Assembly: GCA_964016885.1 (NCBI GenBank)
Contig: OZ024740.1
Span: forward strand, 130,882,001 to 130,946,000
From: Eledone cirrhosa
Taxonomy: Eukaryota
Length of the DNA: 64,000 nucleotides
Direction: 5' to 3'
Shown one piece after another: positions 26,772 through 39,799 of this stretch; the stretch's first letter is position 1; each line of letters starts with the position of its first letter. The notes under the pieces were generated by a model, which was given only the letters and a program-made list of their open reading frames with translations, searched no databases and had not been told where the DNA came from. Position numbers and translations under genes: made by a program.

Positions 26772-27142
26772 CATACTTGCTTATTTGTGTATCTGTTTGT
26801 TTTTTTCTTTGTTAGTTAACTCATTCATTTATTTATTAATTAATGAGTGAATGATTAGGTAATGGATAGATAAAAGATAAGAGATAGGTAACGAATAGTG
26901 AATGGAAAATAATAAATAGTAATTAATTACCTGATGATAATATTAATAATTTAGTAGTGATATTAATTATTTTAATCCTCTATCAGGTCCAGTTTAATAT
27001 TTAAAAATTTAAAATTTAAAATGTGTCCCACTGCCCTTTCCCATTATATTATAGACACATGTATGTGTGCGAACGAGTGCGTGTTTGTGCATATGCGCTT
27101 ATGTGTACTTATTTGTATGTATGTATGTGCATGTATGCGTGT
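26400..27142. repeat. ~90 bp inverted repeat pair flanking an AT-rich spacer
   Basis: 26400-26487 mirrors 27051-27142 (cacgcactcgttcgcacac / gtgtgcgaacgagtgcgtg). Confidence 0.75.
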
Positions 27143-27159
27143 GTTCTTGTATATGTGTA

Positions 27160-27226
<67 letters not shown>

Positions 27227-27308
27227 GTTATTCTGGGTTGAATCGGAGGTAACCACAGTAAGTAAGGTACTCAATACATAGCAGAGTATAAAAGTTTTAA
27301 TATAGATG

Positions 27309-27359
27309 AGATTCTACAGGACTAGAACTGTTTCATTCATTAGAAATCATCAGGAATCT
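27309..27359 (-). ncRNA. Type I hammerhead ribozyme (U-U at base of helix II)
   Basis: agattc-CTGATGA-t ttc taat gaa t-GAA-acag...ctgt-A-gaatct. Confidence 0.85.
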
Positions 27360-27600
27360 GGGTATCAAAAAATAAATATGGTATGTATAGGTCTCTACAA
27401 GTGGTAGGAGAGGGTGGGGAGTGGGATGGGTGCAGGTCATTGGTTGATAGAAAAGGGAATTCATTAAAAGCTAATTCTACAATATATATATGTATATATA
27501 TATATATATATGTGTATATATATGTGTGTGTGTGTGTGTGTATGTATGTGTGTGTGTATGTGTATATATATATGTGTGTGTGTGTATATATGTGTATATA

Positions 27601-27677
<77 letters not shown>

Positions 27678-28288
27678 GTATGTGTGTATGTATGTGTGTG
27701 TACATGAATATATTTTTATATATGTGTGTGTGTTTGTATGTGTGTATATGTGTTCGTGTGTGTGTTTATGGTTGCGCGTAAGTGTGTGAGTGAGTATGTG
27801 TTTTTTTGTTTTTTTGTTTTTTTTTGTTTTTTTGTGAATGTGTCTGTTGATTTTTGGCATATCGTTGATTAGTTTAAGAGAAGTTCGAAGATAATAGTAA
27901 GATATGCACTCAGTATTTTGAATCTGTCTGCAGAATTCTCTAGACCTTTGTCACTTAGTAGAACCTTAATGATATTAGCTTTTAAAGAATCTCCCTTTTC
28001 TTTAATTCTATCGACCATGACTGACCCCCCACTGATTTTATAGACATCTGGTAGCTTAAGAGAAACTTATTGACAATGAATGGTATGCCATCCGGAAACT
28101 GTTTATAGAATTCTGTCTGCCCTTGTTACTCTAAAAACATAAATAAATAAAAATAAACTATAGCTATGTAGAATTAGCTTTTAATGAATTCCCTTTTCTA
28201 TCAACCAATGACCTGCACCCATCCCAACCCCCACCCTCTCCTACCACTTGTAGAGACCTATAAATACCATATTTATTTTTTGATACCC

Positions 28289-28339
28289 AGATTCCTGATG
28301 ATTTCTAATGAATGAAACAGTTCTAGTCCTGTAGAATCT
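28289..28339 (+). ncRNA. Type I hammerhead ribozyme (mirror of 27309-27359)
   Basis: Same motif on plus strand. Confidence 0.85.
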
Positions 28340-28341
28340 CA

Positions 28342-28391
<50 letters not shown>

Positions 28392-28410
<19 letters not shown>

Positions 28411-28491
28411 ATATGTGCGTGTGTGTGTGTGTATGTATATACGCACACGCATGTGTATGTATATGTATGTATGTGTATATATATGTATATA

Positions 28492-28529
<38 letters not shown>

Positions 28530-28547
28530 AATATATATATATATGTA

Positions 28548-28591
<44 letters not shown>

Positions 28592-28609
28592 TACATATAT
28601 ATATATATT

Positions 28610-28647
<38 letters not shown>

Positions 28648-28747
28648 TATATACATATATATACACATACATACATATACATACACATGCGTGTGCGTAT
28701 ATACATACACACACACACACGCACATATGCACACACATATATATATA
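28392..28747. repeat. ~355 bp palindrome of compound (TA)/(TG) microsatellite
   Basis: Plus-strand ORF from 28401 and minus-strand ORF from 28738 translate identically; centre ~28569. Confidence 0.9.
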
Positions 28748-29124
28748 GGCAGAATTCTAGGAGAAGGAAAACTCTGATATAACACCTGCAACCCTGATGG
28801 TATCCAATGATGTTGAATTGTTCTTCTTTTTGGTAAATATCATCTTGGTTAAGAGAGTGGGACTGGCTTTGTGCAGTGCCTTTGCTCACTATAAAAGCTT
28901 CACAGCACAGGCATTGCTTTATATCTGGAGATCTCTCTGCACTTGTCGTCACATGGTACCATGGGCCCAGCACTATGTGTCAATAATTGTCACAGGTGTA
29001 GTGTTTGTACCAGAGTTTTCAAGTCGCTGGCTGGACTAAAAAGTCACATTCGTTCAGCGCATTGGTAGAGGTTCTCCTACATGGATATAAGGTAGTGGCC
29101 GTACTCGAAAACGAGTTGGCAGCC

Positions 29125-29183
<59 letters not shown>

Positions 29184-29706
29184 ATGTGTATATGTGCGTA
29201 TGGGTGTGCATTTAAATATATGTGTGTGTAAGCGTTTATGTATGTGGTTGTGAGTATGTAAATATATTTTATTTCCATTCTATAAAAACACTCTGGCCAC
29301 CTGTGGCTTGTATGTTAACTTGACCACTCACCTCAGTCTGTGCCATGATTCGGTCTTGTTTATCTTCTAATACCAACCCACCTAAAAAAATGTCCCTACT
29401 ATATATCTGTTGAATTACTATTCTTGGGGTTTTTATTTATTTTTATTTTATTTTATTTTATTTCTATTTTTATTTATTTTTTATTTATTTATTTATTTAT
29501 TCATTTATTTATTTATTTATTCACTTATTTATTTATTTCAAAAATGCACACTGGCTAATTGACCACTCCCCAAAGAAAAAACACCCTGTGCCAGGTTGTG
29601 GTCCTGTGTATGTAAATACCATCCTACCCACAAAAATCCCCCTCAGCCACCACCCCTCCCTTGCCACTACCTAAATTTATAAATACCAGAACTTAATATG
29701 ACACCC

Positions 29707-29757
29707 AGCTTCCTGAAGATTTCATCTGAATGAAACAGTACTAGTCCTGTAGAAGCT
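29707..29757 (+). ncRNA. Type I hammerhead ribozyme (mirror of 23332-23382)
   Basis: agcttc-CTGAAGA-tttcatctgaat-GAAA-cagtactagtcctgt-A-gaagct. Confidence 0.85.
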
Positions 29758-29773
29758 CCTTCTAAGAAATAAA

Positions 29774-29875
<102 letters not shown>

Positions 29876-29889
29876 GTATATATATGAAC

Positions 29890-30090
29890 ATGTTCAAGAC
29901 CACGACGGCAGAGCTCAATCCGTTTCGACGGCTGTTTTCGGACGCTAAATTTCAGAAATAGCCGTCGAAATGGCTTGGGCTCTGCCATCGGGGTCTTGAA
30001 CATTTTCCCATTATCTATCTACTACCCTATGTAATGAGTACTCAGGTTCGTTGTGGTCCATCTGGTTCCTTACCACCACATTTCCTTCGT
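29890..30090. mobile_element. Second fold-back palindrome of an HHR 3' half plus tail (diverged relative of 25006-25198)
   Basis: Arms 29890-29939 and 29955-30003; tail ends tttccttcgtta then (TA)n. Confidence 0.78.
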
Positions 30091-30152
30091 TATATATATA
30101 TATTTATGAAAATAAACCGAAGAAGCCTTCAATACATCAAAAGTAGTTATTA

Positions 30153-30190
30153 GCCAACTATGTTTCGTCCTATTAAGGACTCATCAGGGC
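30153..30190 (-). ncRNA. Minimal type I hammerhead ribozyme
   Basis: gcc-CTGATGA-gtcct taat aggac-GAA-acatagt-T-ggc. Confidence 0.85.
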
Positions 30191-30236
30191 AAGAAAAGCT
30201 ATAAGAAGCACTATCGGCCAATACAAGCCAAAAACT

Positions 30237-32284
30237 AGCTCTAATTAGTAAGAAAATCCTTGACCTTATTATACCAGGCGTTAGCGAAAAGGTTAATTTT
30301 AATCTATGGGGGAAGACTAAGGATGTTATAGATTGGTTCTCTGGTATTAATAAACTTGAATCTAGTAGGTTTATCCAGTTTGATATTGATGCCTATTAAA
30401 CATCGATTTAACCTATCCTCCTTAATAAAGCCTTAATTATGGCCATAAGAGTGTGTAGCCTTACAAGATCACATATTGATATTATACTAGCAGCCCGCAG
30501 AACTATCATCAATTTCGAGGATACATTTTGGACGCGTAAAAACACGCCCAACAATTTCGACGTTACAATGGGTTCGAGTGATTCGGCCCAGGTAACTGAT
30601 CTTGTTGGGCTGTTCCTCCTAAATGAACTGTATGTTACCTTTCCGCACCTTAAAGGCGGAGTTTATCGTGACGATGCATTGTTTGTGATTAACTCCAGCA
30701 CCAATAACATCGAGCATAATAGGAAGAAACTTTATAAGTTTTTTAAAAGCTTTAACCTTTCGATCACGATAGATAGAAATGATAGAACGGTCAACTTTTT
30801 AGATGTGACTTTTGACTTGGTCACTAATAGTGTTCAACCCTTCCATAAGCCTAATGAAATACTCTCTTATGTTAGTCCCAATTCTAACCACCCCAGATCT
30901 ATGATAAGCTCTATAGTTAATGGTGTATCTAATAGAATTTCCACACTCTCTAAGGACATAGAAATATTTAATGCACATGCAGAGTACTATAATAATGCCC
31001 TAGCTAACTCCGGTTACTCTGGTAAAATACATTATAATAATAGTAACCGTAGAAAGTCTCCGCTTACATATAATAATAATAACATAATATCCCATAATAT
31101 GGCCATGGATGGGAGTAGAAAGCATAAGACTCGTAGAAATCCCATAGGGGTATCCGAACCCATCCATAAGTTAAGCCACCGGATTCGTAATAGGGAATCT
31201 AATAGTTCTAGGGATCAAGTTGGTCACTCTGAGCGCTCACTCAGTGGTAATGCTTTTGCTAAATCTAATGTTTTTACTAATTCTAATAGTGTTGTTTCTA
31301 CTGATCCTATTAGTAGCCCTAATCTTATTGATACGATTCCAGATAGCAGTAGATATACTAAAGGTAGAAACAGAAGGAGACCAATGGGGTTTCGGCTGAT
31401 TCTAATAATGTGGTTTCAACTAGTCCTCGTAGTAACCCAGATCTTAATAATGGGATACCGGATAACGGTAGAGTTGGTAAGGATAGAAATAGAAGGAGAC
31501 TAAATACTTATTTTAACCCGCCATATGATCAGGAAGTATTAACTAACATCCCTAGGTCTTTCTTTTCTATCTTAGAGAAACATTTCCTTCCTACTAATAA
31601 ATACCATGGTATTTTTAATAAAAATGTAATTAAACTATCATTCTCTACCACCCCTAATATTAGTCTCATTTAGCTAGCACTAACAATAGTAAAATTAGGG
31701 ACGGCTACTCCTCTTTGCGTACTACTAGTCTGGATAGATCCATAAATGCCTTACCACCTGAGCAGACCTTATCTCATAGTAACCCTACGAGTGATGCATC
31801 ACTACTTCAGCCGATCAATAGCACCCGGAAGTGTAACTGTAGAGTGGGTGTTAACTGCCCTTTAAACGGTAACTGCTTCTCTAGGAATTTTGTTTATTCT
31901 TGTGTAGTTAAAACTAATTCCTCTAATAGCACATTAATAAGCTCAACATCTAACATTTTTAAGACTAGGTTTAATTCTCATATCTCTAATTTTAAACATG
32001 TTAAGTTTAAGAATTCTACTTCTTTAGCACACCATATCTGGGATATTAAGGCGGCTAATATACCATATAGCCTTAATTGGCGAATAGTAGCACGCTCTAA
32101 TAACCTATCAACACACACTAAATTCTGTAATCCCTGTATCCTTGAGATCCACACTTTAATTTTCTCTAGGGAACTCTTACTTAATAGAAAGTCTGAGATA
32201 TTTTCTTCCTGCCCCTACGCCATTTCTAATTCTTACTTTTATTATAAACCTAAAATTTCTGGTAGTGTAAATTGTATCCATTAG
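30237..32284 (+). pseudogene. Disrupted PLE RT + GIY-YIG ORF
   Basis: FIQFDID, DVTMGSSDSAQ, GGVYRDDAL, NFLDVTFDL, YFNPP, CNCRVGVNCPLNGNC, FKTRFNSH, CNPC, LLNRKSE. Confidence 0.93.
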
Positions 32285-33934
32285 CTGCTATATTCCCTTA
32301 TCTTTCTTGTTTAGGTTCATTTAGTTTACCACCATCATTATCATTATTATTATTGGTTTTTAACAGCTTTTCGATCTAGCTTTCATAGTCTTTTGGCTAC
32401 CATGCCATATCTATCTTCTTAAATATTATATTTTCACTATTAACACCTTATGAGTTTATATCTGATTATATATTTTATTTTATTTTATTTTATATTATTT
32501 TATTTTATTTTATTTGGATTCTCATTTAGATAATTAACCCCCCACCCCACCCCCTTTCCCCCCACACACTTGTCATTCGCCCCTTCAGTTATACTATAAT
32601 TATATTCAATTCCCTTTTATGCTCCTTTCTATTGTATTATACAGTATATTGATCATGATTCTATGCTCCTTCGTATCCTCCATACCTTTCTTTTTCTGTT
32701 TTCATTGGCCTACCATAGTTCTATTTAAGGTCCTTTTATTAGATAACGTTATTCAACTGAAAGTAGAATATTTCATTCTTTTCTGGATATTTTTATAGAG
32801 ATATCTTAAACTTTAGAGATTTTGATAACTTAAACCATAGCTAATGTTGTATTGACTTATTATGTATGTTAAATACTTTCAATATTAATTAATTTAATAA
32901 GGTTTTCTAGTCATTTATCCGGGTTTGATTCCTCATTTTTTTTACTTAGCTGCTTGTGTCACCTAAGTAAATATATTTGTTTTGTTTTTCGATTTCCGGT
33001 TTATTTTATTTATATTTTTGTTACTACCGTGCGTAGTGTCTGTCTGGTTCTTATTCACTTATTCACATATGTCTGTCTACCAACCATGTAATTATGCATA
33101 CTATACTATTTTTGTTATTTGATATTGCAGTTGTTATATCATATCACTTTATCTAATTGTACTATAGATATTAAATATTTACCGATTATTCGATGTACCC
33201 TTATGTTAAATTTTGTAAATTCTGTAATATGTTTATATTTTTATAATTTTTATAATGTTTAGATAATATCTATTTATACCAATTGTATAAAAACTCGACC
33301 TCCGTCCGTTTTGTTACAGCGGTATAGATATTTTTCCAGCACAATTTTTTCAACACAATTCAGTTCTGTATGATATTTTTTTCTCACACTGTGTGTAACT
33401 TTATATGATTTGTTAAGTTCTATGCCAATATATTATAATATTGTTATTATAGAGTTATTGTAATATTTATATTGTTTGTGCAAATTGACCGGAGATTATA
33501 AATTATATAGTATATTATATATTTTATTTTTATTTTTATTCATTTCTTTATCATTTTATACTGTAAATAATATATGTATTATATTTATATTTAAACTCTT
33601 AATAAGTGTTAGTTTGTGTTTGTTATGATGGATATGTGTATTGATATATATATACATATGTATATATATATTTATTAATTTTGGGCCTTTTAATATTATT
33701 ATTATTATCATTATCAATTATATTATATTATATTATATTATATTATATATCGTTCTGTAATTCTCTCTTTATATCACCACTTGTGTTTAGTTTTAATTTT
33801 TGCATTGTACTATATTTGTAATATGGGTTCAACATTTTATTTGATAATTTTCCTATGCTTTAATGTATGTATACTCCATATTCTTCTGAGTTTTTGGCTT
33901 GTATTGGCCGATAGTGCTTCTTATAGCTTTTCTT

Positions 33935-33972
33935 GCCCTGATGAGTCCTTAACAGGACGAAACATTGTTGGC
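33935..33972 (+). ncRNA. Minimal type I hammerhead ribozyme
   Basis: gcc-CTGATGA-gtcct taac aggac-GAA-acattgt-T-ggc. Confidence 0.88.
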
Positions 33973-36900
33973 TAATACAGACTTTTGACATATTAAAGGC
34001 TTCTTTGGTCTATTTTCATAATTCTTCGGCTCTGTTTAATTACATTGAGTTATCTCTTTACTGTCATTTCTATAATATGAAGAGGGTGTTTAACTCCAAC
34101 ACACTCTAGTATTTTAATTCTTATATATATATAAACATTGTATTATATATTCATATACATACATGCATACTTCGATGTATACGCTATACACTCCCTTGTG
34201 AATCAACAACATTAATCTATTGATGTAAATTCATTATTCTAAAAACACGTATTTCTTTCTAATTTAATATTGAATATGCTCTGTAGTTCTATCCGATATG
34301 AATATAGCAAGGCAGATTACATATTTCTCTCTCATCTTCATGTTCTCCATTATACCTTCCTCGCAGAATAGAGTAAAAGTTCATCATATCCGATGTAGCA
34401 TATATGGCTTTTAATTCGTTACAAGCAAGAGTAAGGCACCAGATGACAGCATTACATAGGCTATATCAAAACATGAAGAGGAAATAGAGATTCGTCTTTG
34501 GGATTATTGAATTTAAATGTTAGACATTTTATTTAGAGCATTCATCTTATCAGTAATGTAATTAGATCATGTTGCAACGCAAATCAAACGTTATGGAAAT
34601 CACAATTAACATTTCACCTAAAACTTTCAACTCTCAAATGTTGATATACCTGTCTATCTATCCTCTTCCTTTAATTACATGACATATTTTCCTTGTTTAG
34701 CTTTAAATATCTAATAGAATAATATCAATATATTAAGCTAATGAATGAAGTCCATTATAGTTCCTGTTTACGTAGGCGTAACAATTTCAATTATTGTTTG
34801 AAAATAATTCACAATTTCCATAACCATGTTCACGCTGTATTACATCAGAAGATATGATTTTGCTAACGATGTGTAAAAGAAAACAAATATCAAAAATTCA
34901 AACATGAAATTCAATTATATCTGATATATACAGCATTATTCTCGATATGTAAATAAATAAAATAATACAATACGAAAAAATAAATAAATAACAAAAGAAA
35001 ATGTAGGGAGTTAATAGGACGTTGCTGAATCTACACTCCCAGGATAATAGGTAAGCCCAAGCTGCCCCGCGTAGAGTGCAAGGCATATATCATTTTCATT
35101 AATACCTATTGCATCAGTTACGATACCACAGTGGTCTCTTTCTAGAAGTATGCACTCCTCCATATTTTAATGAGTAAGACGTTCGTTATAGGATCGATGA
35201 CAACCTAGGTCTCAATGATGATAAGCATGAAAAGGAAAAGGTCAGTCAGGTTCCTATTGAAAATAATTGTTAATAATTTGAAATGATCTTCACTTTTCTT
35301 TAGAATTCCGAAACACTAATAGTTTGTTTTTATGTTATTTGATAAAATAAGAGAAATTTGTATTGATTTAGATTGTGTTGGGTATATCGATCGTACCTCA
35401 TCACGTACCTGAAATCATAATATATTAAGTCCAATGATTATAATTGATTATAATTGTGTTGATCACAGATTATGTTTGGATGTAAATTAATAATGACCTA
35501 TAGGACAACAAGATAAACAATAGAGGGTAAATCATGATATTTAAATATACTTATTCCATATTTTTTAGTGTTTATTTTTGTTGTGGTTGCCGTTGTTGTT
35601 GTTCTTCATCTTCATTTTCATCTTCATATTCATCCACTTCTTCTTCTTCTTTTACGCTAATCTATTTTAATCAGATGAATTAATGGATATATTGTGTGTC
35701 TGTGTGCTCAGAAATCACTGTAATAGATGCTCAACATTAGTAAGTATCTGTAAAGGTATTTGATATTTTAAGGATTTTGATATCCGTATGACTTTCAAAA
35801 GTGAGGAATCTGAGGGAGAATAATTTCCTACACGAATCGCGCGCATATATAGCTTCATTACCTATTTATTTAGTGCCAGCTCTTACCTGCTCTAGGTTCA
35901 ATTGCATTGCATCTGTTATCAAATCTAAGAAATTGTTGTTTTTTATTGATAGAGCTGCAAGGCCAACTTTATCTCAGATACACTATATTAAGACGTTATG
36001 ATATAACGGAGATTTGGTAATAATACTCAGTATGCCGAGTGGCCATGAAGGGGATACGCTGAAGAAAAGTATTTCTATATGTAAAATCTTACCAATTTCT
36101 TTCAATGGATCTTACGTTTCTAGCGCATAGAATATGTGTTTCTGGAATGCGTCAGTGTGACCTTGGGTAAACCGGTGTATGACAGCCACTTTATTTCAAC
36201 TTATAGTTTCATATTAGAAGTGGGTAAGCTTTTGAAATCTTCAACAAATACAGTTTGTCGTTTATGCAATCTACGCAATAGTTGCTTCCACTTTTTGCAA
36301 ACTACATAATAATATTAGATAGGTGATCTACGGTGGGATGACGTATGAAAATCTAAAATATTTATATTTTGGGATATCAGGCATATAGGTTGTTTCAGGA
36401 AATTATTAGTGATAACAGAGATAATGTAAACGTGTATATAATGATGTCTAAAAAAAGACCACGTTCATATACTCGACGGATCGATGGCCGTCTAATAGAC
36501 ATATATGCAAATGTCCCCGTATATTAACAAGTTAAAATGCAATATTCGAAGTAGTTTATCAAAGCAGCAACTCATATATGCTTGTCGATCCATCCCCGTC
36601 TATTTACAATTCGACCAGCAGCGGTAATATGATTATAGCTCTTGCTACGTACTGTAATTAAACATTAAATTATCTTTTATAAGATGCTTTTGATAGTTTC
36701 TAGTTTAACGTCTTTGATATACATCCAAAATCAAAATTCCCTGCTATGATTTTCAGGCACCTTCTTATTTATTTTCTCTTTCTACTTCTTGTCTGAGTTC
36801 TTTTAGTATCTGATTGGTACATGTAGGTCCCGTTCTTAATCTCATTTCAGCACATCTTTATTACATCCCGTTGTACATCTAGTTTTCAGCTTTTTAAAAT

Positions 36901-37937
36901 TGCTTGTTGTCGTTTTTCCATTTCCTCATAATTTCCCAACTGTTTATACTCCGTCTGTTCCCAAGCCTTTATAAAGATAAAAATCATATCTGCTTTATTT
37001 GTAGCTATTTATATTTATTGCTAAGCAATTTCAGGTTTGCAATATACTTCCAAATAAAGAAGTTTCTTAAGCATCACATATATAATTTCATGGCATCTAA
37101 AATGGTGAGAATTGGAATATATAAAAAATTAAGAATATGCTTCCCAAATAATCTTTAAGTCTGTTTTAGAATATCTTGCTACCCAATCGACAAAACAATG
37201 AGAACATATAAATTGTTTGAAAAAAAATCGTTTTTCTTAGATTAGTGTGATAGGGCAGACATGTTGATACGCGCTACATTTGTATGAGGTACCTCATTTT
37301 CATTCGATGCATGTATCCGTTTCGACCACGGTTGATGTCTTTATTGGTAACCTCTAAATTTTTAAAACGATGGTGATTGGCATTAATACTTGTGTAATTC
37401 AACTTTAATCAGAATGTGTGTGTATAGAAACAATGTAAAATCGATATGCTATGAAGTTCCTCACCTAACAAGTCATGAACGTAATGATATGTTCCGAACG
37501 TATCATATCTATTTAGAGCTATGTGTCTTTTCTGAATGTTTCTTTTATTTTTCAGCTGATTACTCGACTAGTAAAATATAAATTTCAATAACACTTATTT
37601 TAAATATATTCACTGTAATATCTCGTTACATATTTGTTGTCACATCCAGATAAGTAGCGAATATAGGCGTGTGCGTATTACATTCTTTTTTTTTTTTGCA
37701 GGAAGGTTGTTCAAAATTTTACCTATATATCATGTATTGAAATAGTTTTATTTATTTTATGAGAATGTAAATATGTGCAGAAATTTGGTCACGTCAGATT
37801 ACCCATTTATATATTTGAAATAAATCAAAAGTACGCTATGGAATTTCGAATTTCTGACATTACCAGAAATTGGACACTTTATTATGTTAAGTTGATGGAT
37901 ACACACACTTACTTCAATTGTTTCTAATCTTTACATG

Positions 37938-38083
37938 CTAGGTTCAAAACTATCACACGTGAAATGTGCCTTTCATTCTTCCAGACTTAAATAAAATAAA
38001 GTACAATCCAAATACTGTGAATATATAATAGTATGTCACCTCAATGATTTTTAAAGTTCTTGCTTCTAGAATAGAAACAATTA
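37938..38083 (+). mobile_element. Degenerate tRNA-derived SINE
   Basis: ggttcaaa...gcctttcatt...ataaaataaagtac...tagaaacaatta matches the other copies. Confidence 0.55.
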
Positions 38084-39799
38084 GAACTTTCTGTTTTATT
38101 TGTATATGTATTATATGTTATTACTCTATATAATAATCTTGTTCACATTTCTCGAATGCCCTCTACGAATTTATAAATTTGAAGGATATTAATTTGCTTT
38201 ATTTTTGTGGACAGATCATAAAGATCTCGTTCTCTAGATATATATGTGTGTGTGTGTGCGCGAATGTATGAATCTTGTATCTTTTGTGTATATATAAATA
38301 TATAATAATGATACCTCTGCTCTTATTCTCTTTTGAAATGAGTGTTCACAACTTTTATTTCGATATGTTTCTAAATACGAACATCAGAGCTTCTCCCATG
38401 GCCTTCTACCATGGTATAATAGTGACATTTTAGAGAGTAAACAATGTGTATGTATCATCTAATGTATGCACAACATAATTTGGAATATAATGGATTCAAT
38501 AAATTCTGAACACAATGAAACGAAAATAAATGGATTATGAAACAATTTGCGAGAATCATAATTTGACTTGATAAGTTCTGAAACTTTGGATGTTAATAAT
38601 ATATTTTGGATTTAATGTTGTGATTGTATCAAAGGGAACGAGCATGTCAGGTAGATTTCTTTATATGGATAACACCCTTGATGTACTCATGCTTTAGGGG
38701 TTTTGCATGTTGAGTTAGTAGATATATAGCAGTATTTAATTGACTTAATATATATAACTTAATCATTATAAAATAATATGCCATCAGGTATTACATTCAA
38801 TCACTCTACTCAAAGGGGAACATATTTGCTTTGCACAGCATGAGGCAAAACTTGCTATTTACAATTTAATTAGTTAGTTAATAGTGAACACCCTGAAATG
38901 AAAAATGAATACAAAATCGTTTTCAATTCGGTTTTATTTTATGACAATTCAATCACGGTGCATAACAGCTTGCAAAAAAATATCTTCTTGTGGCAATGCA
39001 ATTGTAGTGCCAGATGCTGCTACACATTTTAGGTTTGACACACGTGGGTTACCTTGCAAAATTGACCGTCAAACCAGATGTGAATATTTGCGGTATCGGG
39101 TAAGCATTGAAAAGCACATATCAGAAGTGTAAATATAAATATATATTATATATACTATGGGTGTAAACACGCAATTTCAATAGATAGGAACAAAATGTAT
39201 TCATTATCATTAGTTAAATCAATGACTCTCATGTAGCTGTGGAACTACCTGATTATGACAAGCAGTCTTTAGAGACAGCAAGTATCTGTAGAAGTAAGAC
39301 TATTCTACTGCATCTGACGATATTGACATCGTTTTTGAAACCATTACAAAAACAGGTTACTGATGCCCTCGTCATTGCCTTGTTTTTGTGTTTGTTCTGA
39401 TATAATTACTCGACTGTATGATGAAATGAACATTGCCACACAGTGTATTTACCATCCGTAATTTAGCGACAGCAAACGAAAATAAAAAAACATTTTATCA
39501 TGACCGTTGTGTAGGGACGCTCCACTGTAGTTTTGCCAAATACTACAGTCACGCATATATTTAGAACTAGTGGTAATCCATCTCATTTTAAGTTCTCGTG
39601 GCTCATCTGCATAGTCCAATCTATGTAGTTTCTAGTTCTACTTCTTTACTAACAACGTTTGATTCTACTCTAATCGTTCTCGTGTGAGTGCAACACGACC
39701 CGTTGATGAATATGACACGATCATCTGTCTCTTAAGTAATACGGTAGTCCGGTTTCTTTAGAATTTACACGCTGGAAATGACGCGTTAATGTTTCAGTT

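Larger units (their letters stand above)
27225..28340. mobile_element. Fold-back PLE remnant with inverted HHR-bearing pseudo-LTRs
   Basis: 27309-27481 mirrors ~28167-28339; tail related to 23244-23300. Confidence 0.8.
30105..34125 (+). mobile_element. 5'-truncated Penelope-like element with inverted 5' pseudo-LTR (30105-30236) and 3' pseudo-LTR (~33890-34125)
   Basis: 30105-30236 mirrors 33890-34020; RT-GIY-YIG ORF and long AT-rich 3' UTR between. Confidence 0.92.

Noticed and set aside
26931-26990. CTGATGA motif
   Set aside because: No downstream GAAA or helix III
34130-39300. Possible host exons (acceptor-like tracts near 37555 and 37700)
   Set aside because: No convincing ORF or recognisable protein
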